Below, piece after piece: positions 11,660 to 25,209 of a stretch of DNA of 64,000 nucleotides. The translations under genes were made by a program, and so were the position numbers. Under the pieces are notes generated by a model. It made no database searches. It worked only from the letters and a program-made list of their open reading frames with translations, and was not told where the DNA came from. Origin of the DNA: Lama guanicoe (taxonomy: Eukaryota). The first letter of the stretch is position 1; each line of letters begins with the position of its first letter. The stretch is from positions 806,001 to 870,000 of the forward strand of contig MU056029.1 in NCBI GenBank assembly GCA_013239625.1, read 5' to 3'.

Positions 11660-12525
11660 CCCGCCTCCACTTCACTGGACGCACCCTTCCAGGCATTTTC
11701 TGTTGGCACCTCTTCATCTTGACCTTTTAAAACGGAAGTACCCCAGACCCGGTCCCGGGTCCCCTTCTCTTCTCTCCCTCACTCTCTGCGTCATCCCCGC
11801 CCCCTTCTACATTTAATGTTAAGTGCTATGTAGATGCTAGTGATGCTCAGACTTACACCTGCAGTTCAGGCTTCTCTCCTGAGCTCTAGATCCAGTATCC
11901 AGGGTGATAGTTAAAAAAAAATAAAGCCAGGTCATGTGACTAACTCCCTGCTCAAAACCCCCCAATGCCTCTTGATTTCACTCGAGGGGAAGCTGATGTC
12001 CTTACCGTGGTGGACAAGGTGCCACCTGTGCCAGCCCCTCCTAGATCTTCGGACGTCCCCTGTGTCTCCACCGGGCTCCCCGGGCTCCAGCCACACTTGC
12101 CTCCTCGCTCCTCCTTAGACGTGCTGGGCACTTCTTTGCCCAGAGCCTTTGCACTGCTCCTCCCTCACCTTGGGCGCCCATCCTGCGCGTGTCCGCATGG
12201 CCAAAGCCCTCGACTCCCTCAGTCTCCTTCCAAGGAGGCCCATCCCAGACCAGCCTGTTTAAAGCTGCCACCTGTGTGCCTGTGTCCCAAGAGCCAGGAG
12301 CACATGACTCTGCTGCATTTTCCCCTTAGCTCTTGTCACCTTCTAATACACGGGGTCATTTGCTAGTTATCTGGTTGTTATGTTTGCTTTATTGTTTGCC
12401 TCTTTTATTCACAAGCTCCATTAAGGGCCAAAATGGTTTTTGTCTGTTTTATTCAATGATGTTTCTCAAAAACCCAGGATACTGTCTAGCATACAGCACA
12501 CACTGAGCATCCACTGAATGAATTC
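11660..12525 (+). mobile_element. L2 3' region remnant
   Basis: CCCTGCTCAAAACCC...AATG, CTCCAGCCACAC, GCCTTTGCACTGCT and terminal CTGAATGAAT. Confidence 0.75.
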
Positions 12526-13349
12526 CAAGGTGCAATACAGACATCTGTGTCAAAATGTATCAGAAAACATCATATTTAGAAATCTTGAGATAAAAGGAGG
12601 GTAGGAATGGATATACAAACCTACTGAAAAATGCTTTGAGGGGCCAAACTCCTAGTCCCCAGACTTCACTCTGTGTCTCCCCTGGCACTGCAGACCCAGG
12701 ACCAGTCTCCCCTCACCCTCAGCAGGAGAGTGGAAGGATTTTTTTGAAGAAGTAACTAAAACAAAAAAAAATTTTCTCTTCCTAATGTTTTAAAGATTTA
12801 TTTTTAGTTCCACTTGAGCAAGAAGGTAAACAGTCTCCTGGTCCCCAGGGTATTTCTCCTCCTTAAAAAAACTTGAAGCTCCTTCAATCAATGATGACAA
12901 AATCCATTATTCCACAGTGAGAAAGAGCCCCAAGCCTAAATGCTTTTTCAGAACATTTGTACCTAATCTAATTGAATCGAATCAAAATTCTAATGAAGGA
13001 ATCAAACAATAAGTATAAATAGCTGATATTGGATGCCTGCTTTTATTTCCATAAAAGGAAGAACTTAAGTGACTTAGAAGGTTCAAGGTACCAGATCTTG
13101 GGGCTGCCCCAGTGAAGGGAAGCGGAACATGACAGGCTGAATGTGACAGGTGTGTTAGTTTAGACGGCGTCACAGTCGGTCATCCTTGGCTGCATTCAGC
13201 AAGCGGAAGTTTTACGGGCTCTGCTTGGGAACAGAGTAGGGGTAGCCCTGAACCACAGGCAGGCCCTAGGTTGGCCCTTCAAGGCCCCTTCAGGCGTCTG
13301 GGACCCCCCGGGGGAACCTGGCTCCAGATAAGAGTCCAGCGGGGTGAGG

Positions 13350-13735
13350 ACCTGGCCCCAGAGTGAGTGTTTGTGCCCAACGAAATGCATGTTAAATCCT
13401 AATCCCCAATGTGGCTATGCTTAGACGTGGGCTGTCCGGTGGGGCTTTGGGTCATGAAGGCAGAGCCCTCCTTAATGGCATTAGTGCCCTTACAAGGGGC
13501 ACCCCGGGGAGCTAGCGGCCCCACCTTCCCTGTGAAGACCCAGCCGGGAGACAGCCATCTACGAACCGGAAACAGGTCCTCACCAGACGTTGGATCCGCC
13601 AGCATCTTGATCTTGGGTCACAGCCTCCAGAACAGTGAGAAATGAATGTCTGGTGTTAATACATCATCCAGTCGGGGGTGTCCCATCTGCAATGTCCAGT
13701 CTGCAGTGTTCTGTCACAGCCACCCAAGCAGACTG
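13350..13735 (+). mobile_element. MaLR LTR (MLT1A-like)
   Basis: AATCCTAATCCCCAATGTG, GCAGAGCCCTC..AATGGCATTAGTGCCCTTA, CAGCCTCCAGAACAGTGAGAAATGAATG. Confidence 0.85.
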
Positions 13736-13799
13736 CTTCCCTTTTGCTGCCCCATCTCTGTTTCACACTCCTATGTCCATTTTTTTTAACATGGTCAGT

Positions 13800-14048
13800 A
13801 TATACATATATATATAAATATATAAGATTATATATAAAATATATAAATGAAAAAATATAAATATATATGAATATATATGTAAATATATATAGATAAAGAG
13901 GACTAGTTAGCCAAGTAATATTGTTCTTAAAACAAAAATTTATATATAAATATATAAAAATATATTTAATATATATAAATATTATATATATACAGAGAGC
14001 GAGCGAGAACTAGTTAGCCAACTAACATTGTTCTTAAAACAAAAATTA
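13800..14048. repeat. (TA)-rich low-complexity tract with ~108-bp tandem duplication
   Basis: ACTAGTTAGCCAA.TAA.ATTGTTCTTAAAACAAAAATT occurs twice (about 13902 and 14010), each preceded by a TA-rich run. Confidence 0.85.
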
Positions 14049-14145
14049 GGGGGTGGGGGGCAGAGCTCAGTGGTACAGCGCATGCTTGGCATGCACAAGG
14101 TTCAATTCCCAGTGCCTCCGTTAAGAAAAATAATAATAATTAATT
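14049..14145 (+). mobile_element. camelid SINE with internal deletion
   Basis: AGCTCAGTGGTACAGCGCATGCTTGGCATGCAC...GGTTCAATTCCCAGTGCCTCC and a (TAA)n tail. Confidence 0.85.
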
Positions 14146-14544
14146 CTAGTATCAAATAAGAAGAGTTTGGTAAATGCCTTCAGTTTAGCCAGACTACAGC
14201 ACAAGAAGGAATAGTTTGTATAAATACAGTTGTCTCTCTGTTGAGTGAACTTCTCACTTCCCGCTTCTCAACTGGCTATTTTTCCAGAAATAATTCCCAC
14301 TTCATACCTAGTCTCAAGACTCCTGATGCTCTGCTTGTAAAAATATTGCCCATAATTCTTCACATCACCATCAGCCCAGCACACATGTGGGCACATAAAA
14401 CTGAATTGAAGGGTCCGAAAGGGAAGTATACTTACAGAAAAAATGTTTTCCATAATCCCTTCCTCGGTTCAACAGTGTCTCTATTCAGGTGCTAACAATA
14501 ATAGCAAAGATCAGGGTATATTCTCTGATTGTAATTTGATTGAT

Positions 14545-14660
14545 TATTTTTTTTAAATTACCCATTTGTTTTCTTATTTTTTTAATGGAGGTACTGGGGC
14601 TTGAACTCAGGACCTCATGCATGTTGAGCACTGCTCTACCACTGAGCTATACCCTCCCCC
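14545..14660 (-). mobile_element. camelid SINE
   Basis: GGAGGTACTGGGG.TTGAAC.CAGGACC...CTACCACTGAGCTATACCCTCCCC. Confidence 0.9.
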
Positions 14661-16233
14661 ATCTATTTATTTTAAGAATATACCATAACAATGTTCTTCC
14701 CTCAGTTCCGAGAATAAGTTAGACACCACCTTGATTGGAAGGGGTCACACAGAGAGGAGATATCAAGAAACACACAATGCTTTTCCCAAAATTTCCTCAC
14801 GGCCTCTAATATGGATATCTTTCTCATTTACACTTTCAGGATTCCTGTTGTTACTCCCATGTCTTACATAAAGACCATGGTCCATAAATAGCTTTGCCTA
14901 TTAAATCTTAACATGTTGGAGAATTGCCTATTTTTCTGTGATTTATCAGTTCACCGGACTATTACATCCACTTTCCCTGTATTTGGTAAAACGATCTAGA
15001 GAAACTGTGAAATTATCTCATGTTGTTAACAGAAGGGGCAGCTTAAATCCATAAACAACTTGTTAGCACAGGTTTCAAATCTTTAAATATTCACTTGGTA
15101 TGAGTCATGCTCAAGGCCTTCCTTCCATATTATTTCTAAATGTACAAAAAACAGAATTGATTGGTTCCTGAAGCCAGTTTTATGAGCTCAGTCCTCAGTG
15201 TCCACCCCCACCCCAGCCTTGGTTATCAGTTTCTTCAAGCTGGCTAACAAGAATGCCCCCAACCCCTGATCTTGCCCAAGAGTAAACAGAGCACCCCAGA
15301 TGCACCCCACGGCATTTGGAAGCCTCATGCTAACAGAAGGACCATCTCTCCTATTGGAGAGAACACCGAGGAACCACAGATGGTTCAGGAACACACAACA
15401 GGGGCCAAGTTTTAACATTTCAGTGTTGCCACATTGGGTTTTGTTTCCCAGTAATGATGCAGCCAAGTATCTTGAAATGCCTGCCCCTGGCAGGAGGCTG
15501 CTTCTCGGTGGTTCTTGCTCCACAGAGTTCGTGTTCCAAGGATCCCATTGTTTCCTTCATCGGATGGAAAATTAAAGTCAGTGCAACCATCTAGTCATAC
15601 TTGTGGTCCAAAGATGTCATACTGCATTTTGAATCTGGGCTACTTACAGCTCTGGGAAACACAAATAATTGGAAAGCATTTTATTTTTCATCAGTTTCTC
15701 AAAACCCCTTTACCAAGTGGGGCGGTGTTACTGAGGGGTCATTGCGAACGCAGTGATGGGCGATGGGCTGTTACCTTTTTACCCAGAAAGCAGCAAAATG
15801 AGGTGGTGAATGAAAAACCCCACCAGAGTCTTTCCTTAAAAACTGATCATTGTCATTTACCAAGATCTAACACGTCACCTGAAGTTGGATGTGCCTGCTT
15901 ATAAAGTGTGTGCAGTGGGAATCTGGAAGATGTGAGAGGAAGTCTAGAGAGTCCACCTGCCCTGTGTCGGAAGGGCTCAGTGCAAGCCCTGAGCCTCCCC
16001 GGAGCCTGCTGGGGCTCCAGCTTCTGCTTTCTCAAGATAGGTATGGTTTTTCAGTCAGGAACTGCAAAGGACTTTGTGTGGAAGGTCTCAGACCGTGCTC
16101 AGGAGATGCGCTGCCCCAGTGGCCTCACCGGCTGAGGCTTGCGTATCAGGCTGTGTGCCACACGCTCGCGCTCCTTTGGAACCTTTCCTTGCAAATTGAA
16201 AACAGCCCCTAAAAATTAAAAATCAGGTCATTG

Positions 16234-16339
16234 TGACAATGAATATATATATGTTCATGTATAACTGAAAAATTGTGCTCTACACTGGAATTTGACACAA
16301 CATTGTAAAATGATTATAAATCAATAAAAAATGTTTTAA
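16234..16339 (+). mobile_element. Young, severely 5'-truncated L1 (last ~105 bp)
   Basis: L1 3' terminus with AATAAA; perfect 16-bp TSD AAAAATCAGGTCATTG at 16218-16233 and 16340-16355. Confidence 0.92.
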
Positions 16340-17149
16340 AAAAATCAGGTCATTGGAAAAGCAATTTCTTTAAGGACCAGATTGCTGAAACTGCCTGGGT
16401 TTTCTGTCCCTGGGATTCCCCCTGCTGTCTATCCCTGGCCCCGCTGTAATTAGACATGGGACACTGTTCACTGGAAAGGACAAAATGCGCCTCCCTCTTT
16501 GGTTGCGTGGTCTTGTACACACAGCTACATCGTGCGAGGAGGCTCCCTCTGCCTTTGGTTGGCTAACCACAGAGCGCTGAACCCATCCCAGCAGAAGGAT
16601 GAAGGCTTCCCTGAGCGCACGTGCAGTCTGATGGTCCAGCCTTGCTGGCCCCCAGGGAACGAAGGTCACGGGCCGGCTCTGACAAGAGCCCCATCAGGGT
16701 GCGTAGCCAGGGCAGAGGGACAGTGAAGTTCAAAGCAGTGACCTGAACCACCTCTGACTTATGCAAGCACGTCTATACAATCCTTAAATCAACACCAGTT
16801 CCCCAGCCATTGAAGTGGATTTGCTTATTGTAGGTGACTCCACAGTCATGGGCTTGTGTGCTGGTGAACTTTGCCTTTTCTTCAGTGACAAGTTTTCTCA
16901 CAAGAGACCACCGCAGTGCCTCTGATTCTATCTGTGCCTTAAATAGAAAGACATTAAAACAACCAAAGACAGGTGACAGCCTTTCCAACCTAGAATACCT
17001 TTAGGGTGGCATGACCACGTGCCCTCAGCCATAGATCTGTTTCTTGAGACAGTAATTCCAACTTTGGAGATTTCCACCATACATTCAGCATTCAGGCTTT
17101 CTGTGAAATATAATGAATTATCTCCAGTTCTAATCCTGTCTGTTTTATT

Positions 17150-17248
17150 TCAACCTTTATTAATTTATTTAGCGGAGGCACTAGGGATTGAAGCCAGGAC
17201 CTCGTGCATGCTAAGCATGTGCTCTACCACAGAGCTATTACCCTCCCC
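17150..17248 (-). mobile_element. camelid SINE
   Basis: Antisense SINE body; TSD CTAA(T/C)CCTGTCTGTTTTATT at 17130-17149 and 17249-17268. Confidence 0.9.
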
Positions 17249-18313
17249 CTAACCCTGTCTGTTTTATTAACCAAGACCTGGAAAGGTGAGGGATTTGGAG
17301 AAAAAATAAGTGCATGATAAATTACCAATCGTCTATAAAGGGCATAACAAAATGAGTTGCTAGTAACTGATTATTACAATGACTTTTCCAAGGAGGTTGG
17401 CAATACCTGAATCCTGTTCCAGGTCAGTTACTTGTACCTTCCTTGTCTACAACCAAAGTGAATGTGTGATAGTATGTCCAGCAGAGCAGGGAAAACAACA
17501 CACGTTTTTGGGTGGGTCTTCAATTCATAAACTAGGCTGTCGCATGAGGACATTTTGCACCCTAATGCTTTGGGCTGAGGACCCACACCTGAGCCTTCTG
17601 ATGAGCGTAAGTCAGTCCAAACCACAGGTAGCTCAGAGCTGACTGACAGGTGGTGGCGGTGTGGAGCCTTGTTACCACTGCAGGCAAAGGCCAGGCGAGG
17701 AGGAGGACCACGTGGTACGTTGTGCCTGGAAGCACTGGCACCCCCTGGGGCTGTGGTTCAGTAAGAGCCTCAATTCCTCGAGCTGCAAGTGGTGAAGACA
17801 CAGTTCAGCCTATGTCAAAGGCAGGCTTTCTGACCGTGGATGGGGGAAGAAGGCTTAGGCTGGTGGTAACTGGAAGCGGGGTCTCCTCTCCTCCTTCGTC
17901 TTCCTTGAGACTGCGGCATGGTGCTCACACGTCTGCACTCGCTTCCTCCCAAGTCACTGCCAAACAGAAAAGGAGGCACGTGTCTCCTGGCGTCCATGTA
18001 GAAAACCCTCAGGGACACTCTGAATATGGCTGACTTGGGTCTTTGTGTCAAGTACTGTGGCCAGGAAGATGAAGAGCGATGGCTCAGTGTGATTTTGATG
18101 CTTACAGTCATGCCCAGGGATCAGGGTCTGCTGCCAGAGTCAGTGCATGGTGTATACACGTGAGCACCGGGAGCCAGCACTGCACACACACAGACGGAAC
18201 CCCTGTGTGCAGCCATTTTCCAGAACATGGTGAATCAGAGCACCATTCTTTTGCTCTGGGGTGAAGTAAGGGTAAAGGTAGGTGGAGAGGAAGGGAGGAC
18301 CCTGAAAAATCAA

Positions 18314-18510
18314 CCTTCCTTCCTTCCTTCCTTTCTTCCTTTCTTTCCTTCCTTCTTTTCTTCCTTCCTTCCTTNNNNNNNNNNNNNNNNNNNNNNNNNN
18401 NNNNNNNNNNNNNNNNNNNNNNNNNNNNNNNNNNNNNNNNNNNNNNNNNNNNNNNNNNNNNNNNNNTTTCTTTCTTTCTTCCTTTCTTTTCTTTCTTTCT
18501 TCCTTTCTTT

Positions 18511-18592
<82 letters not shown>

Positions 18593-18635
18593 TGTCTTGC
18601 CTCCTTTCCTCCTTTCCTCCTTCATCTCTTTTTTC
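18314..18635 (+). repeat. (TTCC)n/(TTTC)n microsatellite containing an assembly gap (18375-18466)
   Basis: Direct reading. Confidence 0.95.
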
Positions 18636-19261
18636 TTGACATAGGAAAACATTTACATACCTCTGACTCCCTTCAGTGGTGACTTTAAGAACACACTGAG
18701 GGCGTGAGCAGTCTGAAAGTGAGGTGGTGCTGAGACTCCCTTTCGGTCTCCCCGGCCTTGTCTGCTGGTTTCGGTAGCACATCCCGTGGCATCAGTAGGA
18801 TGCTTCCATCAGTGCCCCATCTTGCATCTTCATTTTCTCCACTGGCCATAACTGTAATCTGGTACACATTTTTTTAATTTACTACTAGATTACCTCCTGG
18901 TATGAACCACAGGCATCAAAAACTGAGTTTCTTCACTCTTTACTCAGACTTGATTAAAAGTTCCCTTTTATGCAAGGGCTGTTAAAGCTTAAAGACTCAG
19001 AACCGTGTCTCCAGTCACGCTGTGACAGCACCAGGGCCAGAACGCAACATCCTCTGGCTCTCAATCTGCTGTCAGGTCGAGTTTGGTTGTACCATGGAGC
19101 CTCGTGTCTTATCCATGCAAAGTTTAGCATTATAATTTCAAAACTACACTTTTACAAGGTTTATATGCTAAATATTTAATAATTTGTATAATCATTTCAG
19201 TTTTATACATTACTATTCATAATACTGCTATAAAGCCAAACCAAACTTTCCTAACCTCATA

Positions 19262-19736
19262 ATAGCTTCCGATCGCTGCTGTGACAAACTATCACAAAAA
19301 TTGCCGCTTGAAATTTCACAAATCTATTGTCTTACACCTCTGGAGGTTAGAGCCCTAAGATGAAGTATCAGCAAGGCTGCCTTCCTTCTGGAGACTCTAG
19401 GGGAGAACCCATTCCTTGCCTTTCCCTACTTCTAGGGGCCACCCACATTCCTCGGCTTATGGCCCCATATCACTCAGACTCTTTCTTTCTTTCTTTCTGC
19501 CAGCACTGCATTTTCTTCTCTTGCCCAGACTCCGCCACTTTCCCCTGTCACTTACAAGGACTTCCGTGCTTGGAAGTCCTTATACATTAGACTGGGTCCA
19601 CCTGGTTCATCCAGGATAATCTCCCATCCCAAGATCCTTAGCTTAATCACATCTGCAAAGTCCCTTTCCCATGTATAGTCACCGGTTCCGGGCGTGAGTA
19701 CCTGGACGTCTTTGGGGACTGTTCTTTTACCTACCA
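19262..19736 (-). mobile_element. MaLR LTR (MLT1D-like)
   Basis: CCTTCTGGAGACTCTAGGGGAGAA, TCCAGGATAATCTCCCATC, TTAATCACATCTGCAAAGTCCCTTT. Confidence 0.85.
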
Positions 19737-20492
19737 AAAAAAAAAAAAAGCAGAATCTGGAAAAAGAGGAGCTGCTGCAATGTCCCTAAGTGGCTCCTGG
19801 AACTGTAAGCCAGACCTTGACCAAAAGAGCCTCACACAGAACACTCAGGCGGTGAGGACCCTGCCTCTCCTGGCTCACCTGATCCATGTGACCCAGCTAT
19901 TGAGTGGGGTTTCAGGGGGGCCTTCCCAGGAGACAGGGGCTGTGGAAAGGGGGTTCCTTTCGCTAAAAGACCTGTGTGACTTAGGGGGAGGTCATGGATA
20001 AGCAATCCGACATGTACAGGACTGATGACAAGCTGTAGACCCACCCCTGGGGTTTTGTGTAAACCGAGCAGAGATCCAGGGCTTTCTCATGAGTTGGGGG
20101 TGGGGGTGGGACCTGCTTGGAGAAGGTGGGTCTGCTGTGAGGTAAGCATCTCAGGAGGTCCCAGAAGCCCTTGCTGCTGCCTTCTTTTCACCCTCAGCCA
20201 CTCCGTTTCCTTTTCTCCTGTCTCATTATTTTGTCATTGTAGTGGAGCATTTGCTACAGATGGCCACAGTTAAAACAGGCTGGGCTTTTCAGACTGTACA
20301 CGTGCCACCACCCCGGGGCCAGCGGGGCTGGGAGGACCAGGCCGAGGAGGGGGCAGGCACAGGCCCCCTCCACCTTTATCTCACGGCTCTGGTTGGCGTA
20401 CAAACAAAACAGCGACAGGAATATAAAGCCTGCTCTTGTGAGGGGATAAATGTCCTCAGTGCATCATGGGCATTCTACTTATTCCTTAAGCA

Positions 20493-22662
20493 ATTTTTTG
20501 ACTAAAATATAATTGATGTACAATATTATATAAGTTACAGGTGGACAATATAGTGATTCACAATATTTAAAGGTTATGCTTCATTTATAGTTATTATAAA
20601 ATCCTGGCTATGTTATACAATATACCCTTGCAGATTACTTACGTGCTACATAATTGTTTGTACTTCTTAATCCTCTGCCTCTATTTTGACCCCTCCTTCT
20701 TCCCTCTCCCCACTGGTAGCCACTAGTTTGTTCTCTGTATCTGTGAGTCTGTTTCTTTTTCATTATATTCACTAGTTTGTTGCATTTTGTAGATTCCACA
20801 TATATGTGATATCATACAGCATTTATCTTTCTCTGTCTGACTTATTTCACTTAGCATAATACCCATGTTGTTGCAAATGGCAAAATTTCATTATTTTTTA
20901 TGGCTGAGTAGTGTTCCATTGTATGTATACTACATCTTCTTTATCCAGTCATCTGTTGATGGACACTTAGGTTGCTTCCATATTTTGGCAGTTGTAAATA
21001 ATGCTGCTATAAACATTGCAGTGCATGTATCTTTTCAGTTTTTTGAGAGAGGGGAAATTCGTGTTTTTGTTTCTTTCAGATGTGTAACTAGGATGGAAAT
21101 TGCTGGGCCTGATGGTAGTTCTGTTTTTAGTTTTTGAGGAACCTCCATGCTGTTTTCCACAGTGGCTGTATCAACTTACACTCCCACCAGCAGTGGAGGA
21201 GGGTTCCCTTTTCTCCACACACACCCTCTCCAGCACTTTTTGATGCTAGCCATTCTGACAGATGTGAGGTGATCTCTCATTGTGGTTTTGATTTGCATTT
21301 TCCTGCTAATTAGCAATGTTGAGCATCTTTTCATGTGCCTGTGGGACATCTGGATGTCCTCTTTGGAAAAAAAAAAGTTTATTCAGGTCTTCTGCCCATT
21401 TTTTAACCAGGTAGTTTTTTTTTTCATGTTAACTTAGATGAGCTGTTTATATATTTTGACTACTAACCCCTTATCAGTCATATCATTTGCAAATACTTTC
21501 ACTCATTCTGTAGATTGTCTTTTCATTTTGTCAGTGGTTTCCTTTGTTATGCAAAAGCTTTTAAGTTTAATTAGGTCCCATTTGTTTACTTTTGTTTTTA
21601 TTTCCTTTGCTTTAGGAGACAAATCCAAAAAAATTTTGCTACAATTTGTGTCAAAGTGTGTTCTGCCTGTGTTTTCCTCTAAGAGTTGAGTATTTGGTCT
21701 TACATTTAAGTCTTTAATCCATTTTGAGATTATTTTTGTACAGGTGTTAATGTTATAAATTCATTCTTTTACATGTAACTGTCCACTTGTTCCAGCACGA
21801 CTTATTGAAGAGATTGTCTTTTTCCATTGTATAGTCTTGCCTCCTTTGTCACAGATTAATTGACCATAACTGCATTGCTTTATTTCTGGGCTCTCTATTC
21901 TGTCCCATTGATCCAGGTGTCTTTTGATGTGCCGACACCTTACTGTTTTGATTACTGTGGCTTTGTAGTATAGTCTGAAGTCAGGGAGCATGATTCCTCC
22001 AACTCTGGTCTTCTTTCTCAATATTGTTTTGGCTATTTGAGCTCTTTTGTGTTTCCACACAAATTTTTAAATTATTTATTCTAGTTCTGTGAAAAATGCC
22101 ATTGGTATTTTGATAGAGATTGCACCGAATCTGTCAATTGCCTTGGATAGTAATTGTAACAATATTAGTTCTTCCAATCCAAGAAAATGGTGTATCTTTC
22201 CATCTGTTTGTATTGTCTTCCATTTCTTTCATCAATGTCTTATAGTTTTCTGAGTGCAGGTCTTTTACCTCCCTAGATAGGTTTATTCCTAGATGTTTTC
22301 TTTTTTTTTGGTGTGATTGTAAATGGGACTATTTCCTTAACTTCTCTTTCTAATAGTTTATTGTTTGTGTATAGAGATGAATCTGATTTCTGTATATTAA
22401 TTTTGATCTTGCAACTTTACCAAATTCATGGATGAGCTCTGGTAGCCTTCTGGGGTGTCTTTCAGATTTTCCATGCATAGTATCAGGTCATCGGCAAACA
22501 GTGACAGATTTACTCCTTCTTTTCCAATTTGGGTTCCTTTCATTTCTTTTTTTTCTCTCTGATTGCTGTGGTGAGGGCTTCCATTACCATGTTGAATAAA
22601 AGTGGTGAGAGTTGGCATCCTTGTCTTGTTCCTGATCTTAGAGAAAAATGCTTTCAACTTTT
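20493..22662 (-). mobile_element. 5'-truncated L1, decayed ORF2 RT/C-terminal region plus 3'UTR
   Basis: Minus-strand peptides LSLFADDLIL (RT catalytic motif) and [19 protein letters not shown]...[11 protein letters not shown]; frameshifted. Confidence 0.95.
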
Positions 22663-22836
22663 TAATTAACATTTTTAACTTTTAAAAAATACTGTGTTTG
22701 TCTAAAGTACTGCTGAGTAACTCCAGATGTACAGATTCATTGCTTCAGTAGTATCAGGAGACAGGCATCAACGTGTCCCCAGATGGATAGTAAGTCAGAA
22801 ACTTCCCTAGAGACTGGACCAGGAGTCTTTCCCATG

Positions 22837-22849
22837 GTAAACAGGAAGT
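22837..22849 (+). promoter_or_regulatory. FOX:ETS composite motif
   Basis: GTAAACAGGAAGT in unique sequence; motif match only. Confidence 0.3.
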
Positions 22850-24384
22850 CAGGTAATGAAGCGGAACACGAATATTCCTTCAGGGGATGGAGAGACAAGG
22901 CCCTTCTGGGTAAGAGGACATTATGTAAGGAGCCTATGAGATAGGTCCAAAGTCAGATTCTCCCTCTCAAAGAACAAAGCCTGGTGGGTTATCAGATCTG
23001 GGCCCCAGTATGCATTTGAGCCCTGTAACAAAGTGGCCCTATTCTGAATCCACACTTAGGAAGCAGCCCCTAACCTCACCTCCGCTGGGACTGTGCCGAG
23101 GGGGTCTTGTGCACGTGACAGCTGTGACTTTACTGGACATTGTGAAATGGACAGTCTTCTGGCCTAGGTAAGACCCTAGGCTTGGGATGCTCAGCCTGAG
23201 GGAGTGGGGGTTCTCGCCTGGCCAGTGCCACTCTGTGGGCGCCTCTTTGAGTAATGCGTATTTGTTTTGTTCCTTTGCACACTTAAAAAAAAAAGAACAT
23301 GCCCATTATGATCCATATCTCCAGAAACACTGAGTTATGGAGCACAGAACAGAGAAACTCCCCCTAGCTGATCACACGTTCCTTATTAAGTGCAGCATGT
23401 CAGAGTCTCAGAGTGTTCCAGGGGCCAAACTGGATGACCCCGGGATCCTACCTCAGAGCAAGGAGGCAGCTGCAGTGTCCGGCATGGTCTGCCTGAATCT
23501 CAGCTAGACCATCATAACCTGATGGTGTCCCCACCCATCCTATGAGCTTCACCCTGGGGCCCATCCACACCCACTTTCTTGAATTCCTCCCCATAGAGGA
23601 AAGCCCAGTGCAGAGACTCGCGGATGAGCCTTATGTCTGCAGCTGTTCTGGCTTTGTGAGAACTTTGTCTTGGCGGCCTTGCATGACCCTTTAGAAATCA
23701 CTTTGCCACTACCCTGTCCTTCTGTTGTCTCGTGTGCTCATGTTGCATTCTGGCAGTTCAGAATCTCTGCCTTTTCCAGTCCGGGTTGTGCTCCCATCAC
23801 AAAGTGTCCACAGCATCGTCTAGTCCTGGGCTCTCAACATACCTGCAGTACCTGGTACCTGGGGTCTGATCAAAGTAGCTTACTTCTGAGGATGAGCTAA
23901 GTTGGTGTTTTAACTTCTTGAAAAAGAGCTGGCTGACTTGAAGAAGCATCAGTGTAATTCATAGATTCAGCATTTCAACAATATGGCACAATTTTGTCTC
24001 CCAGACATTTTTAGGGAGAACAGACCAGATGTGTGGGTGAGCGGAGGGGCGGGGGTGACTGCCTGGGTGAGTGGACTCCGGGAATGGTGCAGAAGCCTCT
24101 TTCCCCACTCAGTTGTGCTCAGCAAACCAGCAGGTGCAAAGTTATTTTTAACTGAGCTCCACCCCGTGGGTCTACACAGAACTGACGCTGTCTGTTGAGA
24201 CCAGCTTCCTGCATATTTGGAGCGACTCATGGACCCTGTGGGGACACGTCAGTTCATCAACTGTGGCATTTATAAAGATGAGAAACGTTTTAGAAAAAAA
24301 ATACTTGCCACCCCAAAACAGTCCCCAAAAGAGCACAGAGGTTAAATCCAACGTGTCCCACTGACAGCTGGCTAGTGCCACTGA

Positions 24385-24582
24385 CCTCTCCAATAGAACT
24401 TTCCATGGTGACAAATGCTCTATATCTGATCCGGCCAATACAGCAGCTTTTAGACACATGTGATTATTGAGCACTTAAAATGTGACTTGTGTGACTGGGG
24501 AACTAAATGTTTAATTCTGTTCAATTTTAATTAATTTTAATGTAAATAACCAGATGCAGCTGGTAGATATCATATTGTAGAG
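24385..24582. mobile_element. hAT-Charlie MITE (MER3-like)
   Basis: TCCAATAGAACTTTC...CACATGTG..TATTGAGCACTT.AAATGTG and AT-rich centre. Confidence 0.8.
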
Positions 24583-25027
24583 TTCAAGGGTAGCATGGTT
24601 TAGCTTATGGTAGTGAAATCTGTGGTAATGGCTACAGAAGGAATGTAATTACTTAAGAATCATCCTCTTGCCAGCCCTCTGTGTACCTGGGATATTCTGT
24701 TATTTCTAGTTTTAAAAGGAGTATAATAGGACTCGGTAAATTTTGCCACTTTAATCAAAGCTTTTCACATTGCTCATATACTTGGATAAGTAAAAAGACC
24801 ATACCTGTAAGCTGTATTTTAAACTGACCTCACTTCCAATGGCGATATAATGACACTGGCTTTTTCATTCGTGAGGCTAATAAACGCTATTGTATCTTTT
24901 ACGTTTATTTGTGAAGATTTTGATGGCCAAAGTAAAAAGCAGGAAACTCTTTGAGAAAATTTTATGTCTTTGTAGTATTTCAAAAATAGAAACTTTGAGA
25001 GGAGAAAAAAAATTCAATCACAATTAC

Positions 25028-25111
25028 CTCCAGCAACATGGAATTTAGGAATGCTGGTCCGCAGACCTCTGCAAATGTTTCACGCAGTCTGTTGGTGAAA
25101 GTTGTATCTCC
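25028..25111 (-). other. Candidate 84-bp internal exon (unidentified; GDTTFTNRLRETFAEVCGPAFLNSMLLE)
   Basis: Acceptor ttccctgctgcttcgttgctag, donor GAG|gtaatt, one open frame in phase 0-0; peptide not recognised. Confidence 0.25.
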
Positions 25112-25209
25112 CTAGCAACGAAGCAGCAGGGAACACTTTTCCTTCCAAGGCAACTAGGCACGGACTGAACAGAACCACGGTTTGTTTTATTCTGTAGAAT
25201 GAAACAACA

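Noticed and set aside
18108..18782. Long K/E/R-rich and F/L/S-rich ORFs
   Set aside because: Translations of the (TTTC)n microsatellite and N gap
24172..24236. Possible terminal exon VHESLQICRKLVSTDSVSSV*
   Set aside because: Phase is incompatible with the 25028-25111 candidate and the peptide is not recognised
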